A stretch of DNA of 61,415 nt, counting the filler, from Planctomycetota bacterium (GTDB lineage Bacteria; Planctomycetota; Planctomycetia; JALXBF01): the NCBI GenBank assembly GCA_026991575.1. It is 8 parts of 8 records of this genome, joined end to end, with 100 filler letters (N's around TTAATTAATTAA, not from the genome) between each part and the next. Parts side by side here need not be neighbours in the genome. Positions count along the whole stretch, not along the records: positions 46,972 to 58,097 come from JALXBF010000169.1; positions 58,198 to 61,415 come from JALXBF010000177.1; 6 more parts are not named here. The stretch is one strand, 5' to 3'. Position numbers and translations under genes: made by a program. Under the pieces are notes generated by a model, which was not told the DNA's origin, did not search any database, and saw only the letters and a program-made list of their open reading frames with translations. Shown here in pieces: positions 51,123 through 60,804 of the stretch (positions are counted from its first letter, which is position 1; every line of letters starts with the position of its first letter).

Positions 51123-52001
51123 ATGAACCGATCTGCCGGGTGCAATTCGGCGGTGATTCGCTCGATCGTGGACTCGGGCCTCTGTCAGCGGCTGGCCACC
51201 GACCGCGCGTACCGCATCCCTGGCCGGCATTTCCACCTGTTCGGAGCCCTTTGGCATCCTGACGGCTACCTGCTCATTGCCGACTTCGGCCGAGACGCCC
51301 TCTGGTTCTGGCAGCCCGGCAGCTTCCCGAAGGCATTCCGCCGACCCGCCGGTGGACCTGCCTCACTGTGCCTTGACCCGGTCGGTCGCCTGATCATCTA
51401 TGAGCGTCACTTCAACACGGTGACGCGAACCGATCCGGACGGAGCGGTCGTTATTCTGCTGGAAACGGAACGTTTGGGCAACAACGTGGAGGTGACAGCC
51501 GCGGTCGGTGACCGGGCGGGCAACCTGTATGTGGCGTTACAGAGCGAGACCGTTGCGGGCTTCGGGTCAAAGGGCAAGCACGCTCTGCTGCGCGTTGGTC
51601 CGGATCGCAGTGAGGAGCCGTTTGGACATGAAATCGACGGGCCGCTGGCCGTCGCCTGGTCTGAGCAGCAGCAGGTGCTGTGGGTCGTGGCCGGGCCCGA
51701 GGGCCAGCTGTGGCGCGTGGCTCAACGCGACGGACAGTGGCAGGTTGAGTGTGTGACGACGGTTTGGCAGGGCGAACAGCTGGAGTATGCCGGGCTGGCT
51801 GTACATGCGGACGGGACCATGGCGGTCGCGTCCAAGGCGGGGGTGGTGCTCCTGGCAGACGGAGGCCGCGAGCGGCTGGGCGAGTTGGAACTGGTCGAAC
51901 CCGCAGCCGCTTGCTCTTGGGGGGGGCCGCACGGCCCCGGTGATCTCATCGTGACCGCAGGTTGCTCGGTTTACATCCTGCCCGGCATCGGGCAAGCCTA
52001 A
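51123..52001 (+). CDS. SMP-30/gluconolactonase-like beta-propeller protein
   Basis: Propeller-type repeats (W...G.LL..D, D.AGNLYV, WGG...L.VTA..SVY). Start uncertain. Confidence 0.6.
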   Translation: MNRSAGCNSAVIRSIVDSGLCQRLATDRAYRIPGRHFHLFGALWHPDGYLLIADFGRDALWFWQPGSFPKAFRRPAGGPASLCLDPVGRLIIYERHFNTVTRTDPDGAVVILLETERLGNNVEVTAAVGDRAGNLYVALQSETVAGFGSKGKHALLRVGPDRSEEPFGHEIDGPLAVAWSEQQQVLWVVAGPEGQLWRVAQRDGQWQVECVTTVWQGEQLEYAGLAVHADGTMAVASKAGVVLLADGGRERLGELELVEPAAACSWGGPHGPGDLIVTAGCSVYILPGIGQA

Positions 52002-52007
52002 CGGGCG

Positions 52008-53579
52008 GTGGCGCGCTGGAAAGCAGCCGTGTTCGACACGATTCTGAAAGGTGGCCGGGTCGTGGACGTCGATCAGGGCGTGCTGCGGCCGGCTGATGTC
52101 GGCATTCTTGGCGACCGCATTGCGGCAGTGGGCGACCTGGCAGCAGCCTCAGCCAGACAGGTGCTGGACTGCACGGGGCTGGTGGTCAGTCCAGGGTTCA
52201 TCGACGTGCACGTCCACGGTGACGCCATACTGCTGGCCGACCCGCTGCACGAGCCGGCGGTGCGGCAGGGCGTGACAACTTACATCATCGGCCAGGACGG
52301 CAGCTCGTACGCGCCGGGCTCCCGGCGGGTTGTCGAGTACTTCAGGCGATACACGGCCGGCTTCAACGGCAACCCGGACATTGGCTGGGACTGGTCCGGC
52401 GTTGCTGACTACCTGGATCGCTTCCGTCGACGGGTTGCAATCAACGTGGCGTTTCTGGTGCCCAACGGGAACCTGAGGTTGGAGGCCGTGGGCGGGGCGA
52501 ATCGAGCGGCCACGCGGGAGGAGCTGGACCGTATGGTCGGCTTGCTGGAAGAAGCGCTGGACGCCGGGGCAGTCGGCCTGAGCAGCGGGTTGGAGTACGT
52601 ACCGAGCGGATTCGCAACCACGGAGGAGCTGGTTACCTTGTGCCGCGTGCTTGCCCGCCGCGGTCTGGTCTATGTGAGCCATATCCGTAGCTATGCGCCT
52701 GAGCGCGTCATCGACGCGCTGGAGGAGATGCGCCGCATCCATCTGGAAAGCGGCGCTGCGGTTCACGTGTCGCATTTCAACGTGAAGGAAGCGCTCCTGG
52801 AGTGGGTGGACGAAGCGGTCGCTTCGGGGGTTGACTTGACGTACGACACCTATCCGTACACGGCCGGCAGCACGATCTTGGCCATGATGGCGCTGCCGCA
52901 GTGGGTCCAGGAAGGAGGGGCGGAACAGACGCTTGCCCGCCTGGCTGATCCCGCCGTGCGGGCCAAGTTGGCCGGGTGGTTTGAAAACCCGCCCGTGTAC
53001 CGGTATGAGAACGTGAAGCTGACCTACATTGACGCAGCCGAGTACCAGCAGTACGAGGGGTGGATGCTGGTGGATGCGGCGCGTGCGGCGAAGCAGTCGC
53101 TGGTAGACTTTGTCTGCGACCTATTGCTGGCGGCAAAGCTTGTCGTGGGCATCGTCTACTTCCAGACGCACCGCGACGAGCGCGACGTGCTGGCGTTGAT
53201 GCGCCACAGTGCGCACATGGCAGGCAGCGACGGCATCTTCGTCGGCAGCTACCCGCACCCCCGCGGCTGGGGGGCATTTGCGCGCTACGTGGGCCGCTAT
53301 GTGCGGGACGGTCACTGGTCGCTGCTCGACGCGGTGCGACACTGCTCGACACACGCTGCAGAACGGTACCGTTTACGCGACCGCGGCCGGATCGCGCCCG
53401 GTCATGCAGCGGACATCGCTTGCTTCCGACCCGAAGAGTTCGCGGACCGGGCCACGTTTGACCAGGGGCGCACGCCGGCTGCTGGCATGGTTCATGTACT
53501 AGTCAATGGCGTACCGGTGTTGCTCAACGGAGAGCGCACCACGGCGCTACCGGGCCAGCCGCTCAGACCATCGCCCTAG
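52008..53579 (+). CDS. N-acyl-D-amino-acid deacylase
   Basis: PGFIDVHVH.D, QGVTT...GQDG, GLS.GL.Y.P, GSDG, HPR.WG.F. Confidence 0.9.
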   Translation: MARWKAAVFDTILKGGRVVDVDQGVLRPADVGILGDRIAAVGDLAAASARQVLDCTGLVVSPGFIDVHVHGDAILLADPLHEPAVRQGVTTYIIGQDGSSYAPGSRRVVEYFRRYTAGFNGNPDIGWDWSGVADYLDRFRRRVAINVAFLVPNGNLRLEAVGGANRAATREELDRMVGLLEEALDAGAVGLSSGLEYVPSGFATTEELVTLCRVLARRGLVYVSHIRSYAPERVIDALEEMRRIHLESGAAVHVSHFNVKEALLEWVDEAVASGVDLTYDTYPYTAGSTILAMMALPQWVQEGGAEQTLARLADPAVRAKLAGWFENPPVYRYENVKLTYIDAAEYQQYEGWMLVDAARAAKQSLVDFVCDLLLAAKLVVGIVYFQTHRDERDVLALMRHSAHMAGSDGIFVGSYPHPRGWGAFARYVGRYVRDGHWSLLDAVRHCSTHAAERYRLRDRGRIAPGHAADIACFRPEEFADRATFDQGRTPAAGMVHVLVNGVPVLLNGERTTALPGQPLRPSP

Positions 53580-53590
53580 CACGGAATCTC

Positions 53591-54136
53591 ATGCGGTGGA
53601 TCATCGGTGTGGATCGCAAGCAGGCGGCCGCGGCGCTTGGCTGGGTCAAAGCGCTCGCGGCCCAATTTGACCTCAGCCGGGTTGCCTGGATCCGCATCGA
53701 CATGGGCAGGGGCCGGTATCGCGGAGTCTATGGCCGATGCTGGTGGCCGACGAAGAAGCTTCCGATGTTCCGCATTTCCTGCCAGGTGCCCGGGCCATAT
53801 CCGACGGTCGTTCAGACGGTGCGTAAGCCGCTGTATCCGGGCCCGGACGGCCGTTGGCCGCCGGTGCCCAAGGGCTGCCACGTGCGTGGCTATGGGCGGG
53901 ATCCGCGTACGGGCCGTGTCTGGCTGAAACTCGGAGCACAGACGTTGCTTCGAGACATCAACGAAGGTATCGTCTGGATCTTTGGCCACGAGCTGTATCA
54001 CTTCCTGAGGCAGACACGACAGATTGCTGGCCGGAACACTGAAGCGTACGCGGACGAGTTCGCCGACTGGTGCCTGCTGAGATTCCGCTGCTGTGCGGAC
54101 CGGCCACCGGCGGCGGCTTCTTGGCGGTCGCAGTAG
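53591..54136 (+). CDS. Hypothetical protein with HExxH (zincin-like) motif
   Basis: FGHELYHF...NTE..AD; 11 nt after the previous gene. Confidence 0.6.
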   Translation: MRWIIGVDRKQAAAALGWVKALAAQFDLSRVAWIRIDMGRGRYRGVYGRCWWPTKKLPMFRISCQVPGPYPTVVQTVRKPLYPGPDGRWPPVPKGCHVRGYGRDPRTGRVWLKLGAQTLLRDINEGIVWIFGHELYHFLRQTRQIAGRNTEAYADEFADWCLLRFRCCADRPPAAASWRSQ

Positions 54137-54211
54137 CTGCCGGGCGGCAGCCGCAGCGGCGCTGCCGGGTCGCAGAGAACGGCCGCGGAGTCTGGGGAGC
54201 GTGCGGCCCGG

Positions 54212-54613
54212 TTACCGCCGGCACTCGTGGCCCGGCTTACCGCAGTCGGAGCCCTCGAAGACGCTGCACCCGATCAGCTCATCTTCTGGAATGATGCCCA
54301 CGACATGTCGGTGGTGCACCATCATCACGCCGGCGCGACAGATGATGTTCCCGTCGCGCGCATCGCGCACGACGACGTCTTTGAGCGGGACGTACCGCTG
54401 CTGTTGGCTGGCGGCCGAGTTCAGCGCGTCGCTGAGCCGAACCCGCTCGGGGTAGTAGATCGTGCCTTCGATCCAGGTGTGCGTGGTGAAAAGGACAACG
54501 CGCTGCTTGGTGCGGTGGTACTCGGCCGCCTTGTCTTGCGCCTTGCTCAGCTCCCGCTCACGCAAGGCGTGTGCGGCCTTGCTGGCAATTCGTTGGCGTT
54601 CCATGGCAGTCAC
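54212..54613 (-). CDS. Hypothetical protein (DUF6812-like)
   Basis: V...T....IEG.I......RLSDALN...YVPL.DV.V. Confidence 0.6.
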   Translation of the reverse strand: MTAMERQRIASKAAHALRERELSKAQDKAAEYHRTKQRVVLFTTHTWIEGTIYYPERVRLSDALNSAASQQQRYVPLKDVVVRDARDGNIICRAGVMMVHHRHVVGIIPEDELIGCSVFEGSDCGKPGHECRR

Positions 54614-54910
54614 ACCTCTGGACGGCTAGGCAACTTCCCTACTGGAAGCGTAGCTTGCGTTTTGCCGGCCCGCCCGCTATTGTGCCGTGACTGCATCTCG
54701 CCATGCGGCCTGCGGACCGCCTCGGATCAGAACGCATGTGGTGGTATGGCCGTCCGGATCGGTTAGAATGGGCCTCTGACCGGAAGGCGAACGGTTGTGA
54801 CTGGCAAGGCCGCATACCGGGGTGGGTATCGGGCTCCTGGTTGTGTGAGCCGCTACGGGTTGGTTATAATGCCCGCGTGATCGCGGTCAGCACAGGCGAG
54901 GTGGTCGCTG

Positions 54911-56167
54911 ATGGCTGGAAACGGTGAGCGCGCTGGTTGCCGGACGAGCACGATCGACGCTACGCACCCGCCGATGAGACCGGTCCTGAAACACGGCAGC
55001 ACCACTGTGCCCGTCACGCTCGCAGATTACGTCCTCCTGTGCCGTATCGGCGAAGGCGGTATGTGCCGTGTGTACAAGGCGTACGATCTGCGCGATGGCC
55101 GGGAGGTGGCTCTGAAGATTCTGCGGAACCGGTATGCCCGCAACCTGGACGAACGCAGCCGGTTCTTCCGTGAAGTGAAGGTGCTGCGGCGGCTTGATCA
55201 TCCTAATGTTGTGCGTGCCTACCGCGGTGGTCGCCGGGGAAGGCATTGCTATGTGGCCGTCGAGTATGTGGATGGCCGGGACGCTGGCGCCCTGTTGCGC
55301 AAAGGCCCATTCCCGCTGGATGAGCTGGTCCGCGTCGCGATCGAAGTGCTTCGGGCCCTGGATCATGCCCACCGCAGAGGTGTCCTGCACTGCGACGTGA
55401 AGCCGGAGAACATCTTGATCCGTCGCCAGGACGCCTGCGTGAAGCTTGCCGACTTCGGGCTCTCGCTTTGGTTGCGGCGAGCCGCTCGCGGAGTCCCCCC
55501 GAAGATCACGTACGGGACCCTCCAGTACATGCCCCCGGAACAGATTCGCGATCTGGAGTCCGTTGACCAACGCTCCGACCTATACGCGTTCGGAGCTACC
55601 ATCTACCATCTGCTCACGGGCCGTGTGCCCTTCCCGGCCCGTACGCTTCGCCAGATCGAAGAGCAAAAGCGAGCCGCTTCGGTCCGCCCGATCGGTGCGG
55701 TTCGCCCCGATGTGCCCCCGGCGCTGGAACGGTTGGTACGTCGTCTGCTGGATCCCGTGCCGGCACGAAGACCGAGCACAGTAGCCGATGTGCTCGAAGT
55801 GCTCGACGCGCTGGATTTGACAGCAGAACAGTTATCCTGGGCCGTGGACCGGGACCAGCACAGCAATCCGGACGATCCGGACGCAACCGCCTGGCAGCTG
55901 ACCCCTGTCGACAGCGGCGCCAGCAGCGAGTGGTTCATCCACGCGGAGACGGGCGAAGTGATCCCGATCGGCAGCTCGGCGCGCGTGGAGCAACTGGTCA
56001 GGGAGCGCAGGATCAGTTTGGACACGCTGGTCGTGCGTGGCCATACGGGTGCCGAGCCGTTGCCGCTGCATGCTTACGACCGTTTCCAGCATTTGCGCTA
56101 CGACATCGGCGTGCCCCCCACGCTATCGTCGGCTCGCCCGACCGCAGCTTCCTCCACTGCCTACTAG
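54911..56167 (+). CDS. Hanks-type Ser/Thr protein kinase
   Basis: IGEGGM..VY, VALK, HCDVKPEN, DFG, GT..YMPPEQ, SDLY. Confidence 0.92.
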   Translation: MAGNGERAGCRTSTIDATHPPMRPVLKHGSTTVPVTLADYVLLCRIGEGGMCRVYKAYDLRDGREVALKILRNRYARNLDERSRFFREVKVLRRLDHPNVVRAYRGGRRGRHCYVAVEYVDGRDAGALLRKGPFPLDELVRVAIEVLRALDHAHRRGVLHCDVKPENILIRRQDACVKLADFGLSLWLRRAARGVPPKITYGTLQYMPPEQIRDLESVDQRSDLYAFGATIYHLLTGRVPFPARTLRQIEEQKRAASVRPIGAVRPDVPPALERLVRRLLDPVPARRPSTVADVLEVLDALDLTAEQLSWAVDRDQHSNPDDPDATAWQLTPVDSGASSEWFIHAETGEVIPIGSSARVEQLVRERRISLDTLVVRGHTGAEPLPLHAYDRFQHLRYDIGVPPTLSSARPTAASSTAY

Positions 56168-56365
56168 GTCGATCGCCATGTCCGACCGCGCGGTACACTT
56201 CTATGGTTTCGGCACACGGTGCCGGAGTCGCCGGCTTTCGCGATGCGGTCTGCACCAGGCTGCGTCTGTCGTCCGGTTACCACGAGCCTCCGCTGCGCTG
56301 CGTAGCGCGGTGGCACGACGGGTGGACCGGACCGCCGAGCGGCGTCGGCTTCTGTCAGAACGTGG

Positions 56366-57772
56366 ATGGAGGCACACCTGGCCGTGAGTGCCATTGGTCC
56401 CGAACTGGTTGTCATCGCGTTGATGATCATCCTCAACGCGTTCTTCGCGGCCTACGAAATCTCGCTTGCTTCCATCTCCCTGGGACGCCTGGAGGCGCTC
56501 GCCCGTGAGAAACGTCGCGGTGCTCAGGCTGCGCTTGCGATGCGCAAGGACGTGGAGGCCAGCTTGGCCGCCATCCAGCTCGGAATCACGCTGGTCGGCG
56601 CAATTGCGGCTGCGGTTGGCGGGGTCGGCGGCAGCGAGTCGCTGGAACCGTGGTTGACGGAGCGTGTCGGACTGGGTCCGCAGACGGCGCGCGTGCTTGC
56701 GCTGGCGCTGGTCGTCGCACCACTGACGTTCGTGACCATCGTCTTCGGCGAGCTGGTGCCCAAGCTGTTCGGCCTCAGGTACAAAGAATGGCTCGTCCTG
56801 AAACTGTCCCCGCTGATGTACGCGTTCACGCTCAGCGTCTGGCCGGCGGTGCGGCTGTTGGAAGCAACCGCCGAGGGAACCGTCGCCCTGGTCGGACGCA
56901 TCTGGCGGCCGCGCAGCACCGGTGAACAACGGGTCGAAGCGGCAATCCTCCAGGAGTTGCGGTCTCTGGCAGCTGACGCTCGCATGGCGCGGTTGATTGG
57001 CACGCGCGAAGAGCGGATTATCCTCGGCGCCAGCCGATTGGCGCACCGGCCCGTGCGTGAGATCATGATCCCGACCGAAGACATGGTCACCCTCCCGGTG
57101 GACATTTCCCCCTCCGAAGCGCTCGTGCGTGCCCACCAGGACATGCACACGCGCTACCCGGTGACCGAGGAACCCGGCAACCCACAGACCGTGATTGGCT
57201 ACGTGAACTTCAAGGACATCATCTTGATGTTGCGCACGAACCCGACGGAAACGTCCCTTCGCTCCTGTCTCCGGCCGCTACCGTCGTTCCCGCATACGCA
57301 GTCGATCTCGCTCTGTCTCGAACAGATGATCCGCAATCGGGCGCATATCGCGTTGATTCGCGACGGTGCCGGGCAGGTGGCAGGCATGATCACGCTGGAG
57401 GACATCGTCGAGGAGCTAGTCGGCGAGATCGAGGACGAGTTTGACCGGGTGCCAGCTAGCATTGTGGAGGCCGCTTCAGGCTGGCTGGTCGGTGGCGGCA
57501 CGACGCTTGAGGAGCTAAAGCGGCGGTGTGGCGTGGTGCTGACCGAGGAGACGGCCCCTGATCGGTTCAAGCAGACGCTGGATGACTGGGTCGAGCAACA
57601 GCTTGGCCGACCACCGCGGGGCGGGGACATTGTGCGGTGGGGCCCGTACGAGATTCGCATCCGCAAGGTTCGCCGCCACAAGGTGCTCGAGGCGCACATC
57701 GTAACTCGTCCACGAGGCCAGGCTCAGCCCGACCAAGGCAGCCGGCCGCAGCCCGCTTCGGGAACGCGCTGA
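56366..57772 (+). CDS. CNNM/CBS/CorC-domain (hemolysin-family) Mg2+/Co2+ transporter
   Basis: FF.A.E.SL, QLGIT, VFGELVPK, HTRYPV, G.ITLEDIVEELVGEI.DE. Confidence 0.92.
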   Translation: MEAHLAVSAIGPELVVIALMIILNAFFAAYEISLASISLGRLEALAREKRRGAQAALAMRKDVEASLAAIQLGITLVGAIAAAVGGVGGSESLEPWLTERVGLGPQTARVLALALVVAPLTFVTIVFGELVPKLFGLRYKEWLVLKLSPLMYAFTLSVWPAVRLLEATAEGTVALVGRIWRPRSTGEQRVEAAILQELRSLAADARMARLIGTREERIILGASRLAHRPVREIMIPTEDMVTLPVDISPSEALVRAHQDMHTRYPVTEEPGNPQTVIGYVNFKDIILMLRTNPTETSLRSCLRPLPSFPHTQSISLCLEQMIRNRAHIALIRDGAGQVAGMITLEDIVEELVGEIEDEFDRVPASIVEAASGWLVGGGTTLEELKRRCGVVLTEETAPDRFKQTLDDWVEQQLGRPPRGGDIVRWGPYEIRIRKVRRHKVLEAHIVTRPRGQAQPDQGSRPQPASGTR

Positions 57773-58097
57773 CCGTTGGTGAGCCCCCGCCGTCGTACCG
57801 GCGCGCCATCGATGGCCTCGCCGCCGTGAGGATGGCTGCGCGTGGGTGCACACAACCAACTTTCAAGTTCAAGTCTTGAGCACTACGCCCCAGGGCCAGC
57901 GTCTGGTTTCGGAGCGGGTCTATGGTGGGCGGTGGTCGGGCTGATGGTGTAGCGGGCGGTGGTCGACTCTGGCCGCAGGCAGCTGGTGGGGGCTGGGAGG
58001 TGGTGGTTGGTGTGTGGAGTGGGAACGTTTTTGGGCCGATAGTAGTCAGATGGAGTGGCAAGCAGGCAGGTTGGGAGGCCTGGTGGCCGCTGCCGTA

Positions 58098-58197
58098 NNN
58101 NNNNNNNNNNNNNNNNNNNNNNNNNNNNNNNNNNNNNNNNNTTAATTAATTAANNNNNNNNNNNNNNNNNNNNNNNNNNNNNNNNNNNNNNNNNNNN
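58098..58197. other. Artificial contig spacer
   Basis: 44 N + TTAATTAATTAA + 44 N. Confidence 0.99.
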
Positions 58198-58447
58198 GGT
58201 GGAGAAGCTGGAGCGAGGCTCTGGCGGAAGCCGTGAAGCTGGAGGTTGTCTGCCGGCGGCCCTGGCGACGGGGTGTGGGACGGAGGTCCCAGCCTGGTGT
58301 GGGTTGTTGAGCCTGGAGGCAGCCCACACAGAGGGTCAGTCGGTCCTTTTTGAGGTAAGACCGCCGACCGGAGAGCGGTATGCGGGAGAACTGCACGTAC
58401 GGTTCGAAGGGGGCGGGCCCCGAGCAACCGGGGCTTGCCACCCCTAT
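58198..58447 (+). mobile_element. Group II intron 3' part (maturase tail remnant + intact-looking DV/DVI)
   Basis: GAGCGGTATGCGGGAGAACTGCACGTACGGTTC (DV from 58373, AGC triad), DVI ...CCACCCCTAT; upstream GLLSLEAAH. Confidence 0.85.
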
Positions 58448-59191
58448 CAAGGCTGATGGATAGCGCGGGCGCATCTGCAAGAGATTTCTTTCTTTCCTGG
58501 CCGCGGGCGGGTTCGACCCCCCCGCGGCCCGGGCGGTCCGATTCCATTGGGCAGGCGCTGTGCACAGAGAGACTGCGCTGTCGTCCCGGAGGGAGCGCGA
58601 TGCCACCTCGCCGACGCCGCAGACGGCCGTCCGCGGCGTCGGGGCTTCTTCAAATGGGAAACAGAAAAAAACAAAACCTCGTACCACCCGCCCTACCCAT
58701 CAACACAGCGGCAGGGGGGCATAAAGCCCCCCTGCCGCCATTTCACCGTAGGCGGCGGGTTGAACGGTTCTGCAGCGCAGGCGGACCGAACCGGCGCCCG
58801 GGCCGTTTGGCGGGCGCAGCCGGGCGCGACGCAAGCCGCTGGGTATGGCAGCAACGGGTGCGGGACGGGCGCGGTTCGCATCGTTGCGACGAGCGGTAGA
58901 AGCTGCGCGTGTGGCGGCCGGCGGATGGTTCAGCGGTGCACGCCACGGCGCCGGGCGACCACAAGAGTAGCCCGGACCCTGCGACCGGAATTGCTGAGTC
59001 AACCCGCCAGCCGGCTTCGATGAGCGGGAGGGGGGGGGGTTTCGTGCCCCCCTCCCGCAAGGTTGATCGATAGCGCCGCCGCACCCAAAGACTAATTGTT
59101 CCCACCCGAGCCGCGGACGGGTCGATCCCGCCCGCGGCTCGGCTACCCAGCACTGCCCTGCCGCCGCGGCTCACGCCCGCGGCGGCAGGGC
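58448..59191. repeat. Cluster of three hairpin-repeat copies in alternating orientation
   Basis: 3' half at 58448-58531 (+), full copy at ~58611-58765 (-), full copy at 58999-59142 (+), and an extra 15-bp-stem hairpin at 59155-59191. Confidence 0.85.
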
Positions 59192-59370
59192 GACGAGGGA
59201 TTCAAGAGGATACCACCGGCGGTACTCGATGAACTTGCGATAGGCGCAGCAAGCCCCGCTCGCCCTGGCTCTGCCCCTCGCAGGCTCGACTCACCCGCTA
59301 TCTGATGCAGAGGCCTGGTTTAGAATGGCAGAGGAGTGGCCCGCCGCAGTGTCAGCGAGGCATCCTGCCA

Positions 59371-60678
59371 ATGGCCCGAGTCGAAGAGAAGACCCAGGTC
59401 GGCAACTACTTCATCGCCAACTACCCGCCCTTTTCGTTCTGGAAGCCCGAGTACGTGCCGGACGCTCTGGAGACGATCGCTCGCCCCCCACGGCAGGCGG
59501 TCCCACTGGGCCTGTACCTGCACATCCCCTTCTGTCGCCGCCGCTGCAAGTTCTGCTACTACCGGGTCTACACGGACAAGACTGCGGCCGACGTGCAACG
59601 CTACCTTACCGCGTTGGCCAGGGAATTGGCTCTGTACGCGGCTAGCCCGGTCTGCCGCGATCGGTCGGTTGAGGTCGTCTACTTCGGTGGCGGGACTCCG
59701 AGTTTTCCCAGCATTCGCCAGTTGGAGCAACTCTTCGCCGCGCTGGATCGACTGTTTCCATGGAAGCAGGCACGTGAGATCACGTTCGAGTGCGAACCCG
59801 GCACACTGACCGAAGCGAAGGTCCGCGCGTTACGGTCGCTCGGTGTCACGCGACTCAGCCTCGGCGTGGAGCATTTCAACGACGCAATCCTCGCCGAAAA
59901 CGGCCGGGCTCATCTTTCCGCCGAAATCCGGCGATGCTGGCAGTGGATCCGGCAGGCCGATTTCCCTGAAGTCAACATTGACCTGATCGCGGGGATGGTG
60001 GGCGAAACCTGGGAAAGCTGGCGCGATTGCGTCCGCGAAGCCATCGCGCTCGAACCCGATTGCGTGACCATCTACCAGATGGAACTGCCGTACAACACGC
60101 TCTACTCCCAGTCGATCCTCCGCGACGGAGCCCCCGTCCCCGTGGCCGACTGGCCCACAAAGCGAGCATGGGTCGAGTACGCGTTCGAGCAGTTTGAACG
60201 CCGCGGCTATACGGTGACGAGTTGCACGACCGTAGTGCGCGATCCAGAACGGTTTCGCTTCCGCTACCGAGAAGCACTCTTCACGGGAGCAGACCTGATC
60301 GGCACCGGAGTGGCCAGCTTCGGCCACCTGCAGGGCGTGCATATGCAGAACGAGGATCGATGGGACAGCTACCTGGCAGCTCTCGACGAGGATCGCCTAC
60401 CGTTGCGGCGCGCGTTGCGACCAACTCGACGGCAACTGTTCATTCGTGAATTCGTCCTGCAGCTCAAGCTCGGAGGCATTCGCCGCGAGTATTTCCGCGA
60501 GAAGTTTGGCATGGACCCTGTGGTTGAATTCGACGATGTGATTCGAGAATACGTTGAGCAGGGCTACGTGAAGGTCACGGACGACGAGCTCCTCATGACC
60601 CGCCAGGGACTGCTTCGCGTCGATGCGTTACTGCCTGAGTTCTTCGAGCCCGAGCACCGGGGAGCACGATACACGTAA
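59371..60678 (+). CDS. HemN-like / HemW-like radical SAM protein
   Basis: NYPPFSFW, LYLHIPFCRRRCKFCYY, GGGTPS, NIDLI.G. Confidence 0.85.
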   Translation: MARVEEKTQVGNYFIANYPPFSFWKPEYVPDALETIARPPRQAVPLGLYLHIPFCRRRCKFCYYRVYTDKTAADVQRYLTALARELALYAASPVCRDRSVEVVYFGGGTPSFPSIRQLEQLFAALDRLFPWKQAREITFECEPGTLTEAKVRALRSLGVTRLSLGVEHFNDAILAENGRAHLSAEIRRCWQWIRQADFPEVNIDLIAGMVGETWESWRDCVREAIALEPDCVTIYQMELPYNTLYSQSILRDGAPVPVADWPTKRAWVEYAFEQFERRGYTVTSCTTVVRDPERFRFRYREALFTGADLIGTGVASFGHLQGVHMQNEDRWDSYLAALDEDRLPLRRALRPTRRQLFIREFVLQLKLGGIRREYFREKFGMDPVVEFDDVIREYVEQGYVKVTDDELLMTRQGLLRVDALLPEFFEPEHRGARYT

Positions 60679-60804
60679 GGCCAGATGCACTTCCTCTGTC
60701 GCAGGAACCGGCGATCCGTACGATCGGCCGAACGCAAGGGGCGGTTGGATCAAGACGACCGAACGCACTCAACCCGTGGAGAGGCTGAATCAGTCCCGTG
60801 GGGC

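Noticed and set aside
57870..58097. G/T-skewed contig end as an IS terminus
   Set aside because: Plausible, but no IR partner or protein motif could be identified.
58499..58529. tRNA (GGTTCGA T-loop-like)
   Set aside because: No cloverleaf; it is the second hairpin of the repeat.
58448..59191. CRISPR array
   Set aside because: Copies are divergent, inverted and irregularly spaced. No cas genes in the window.
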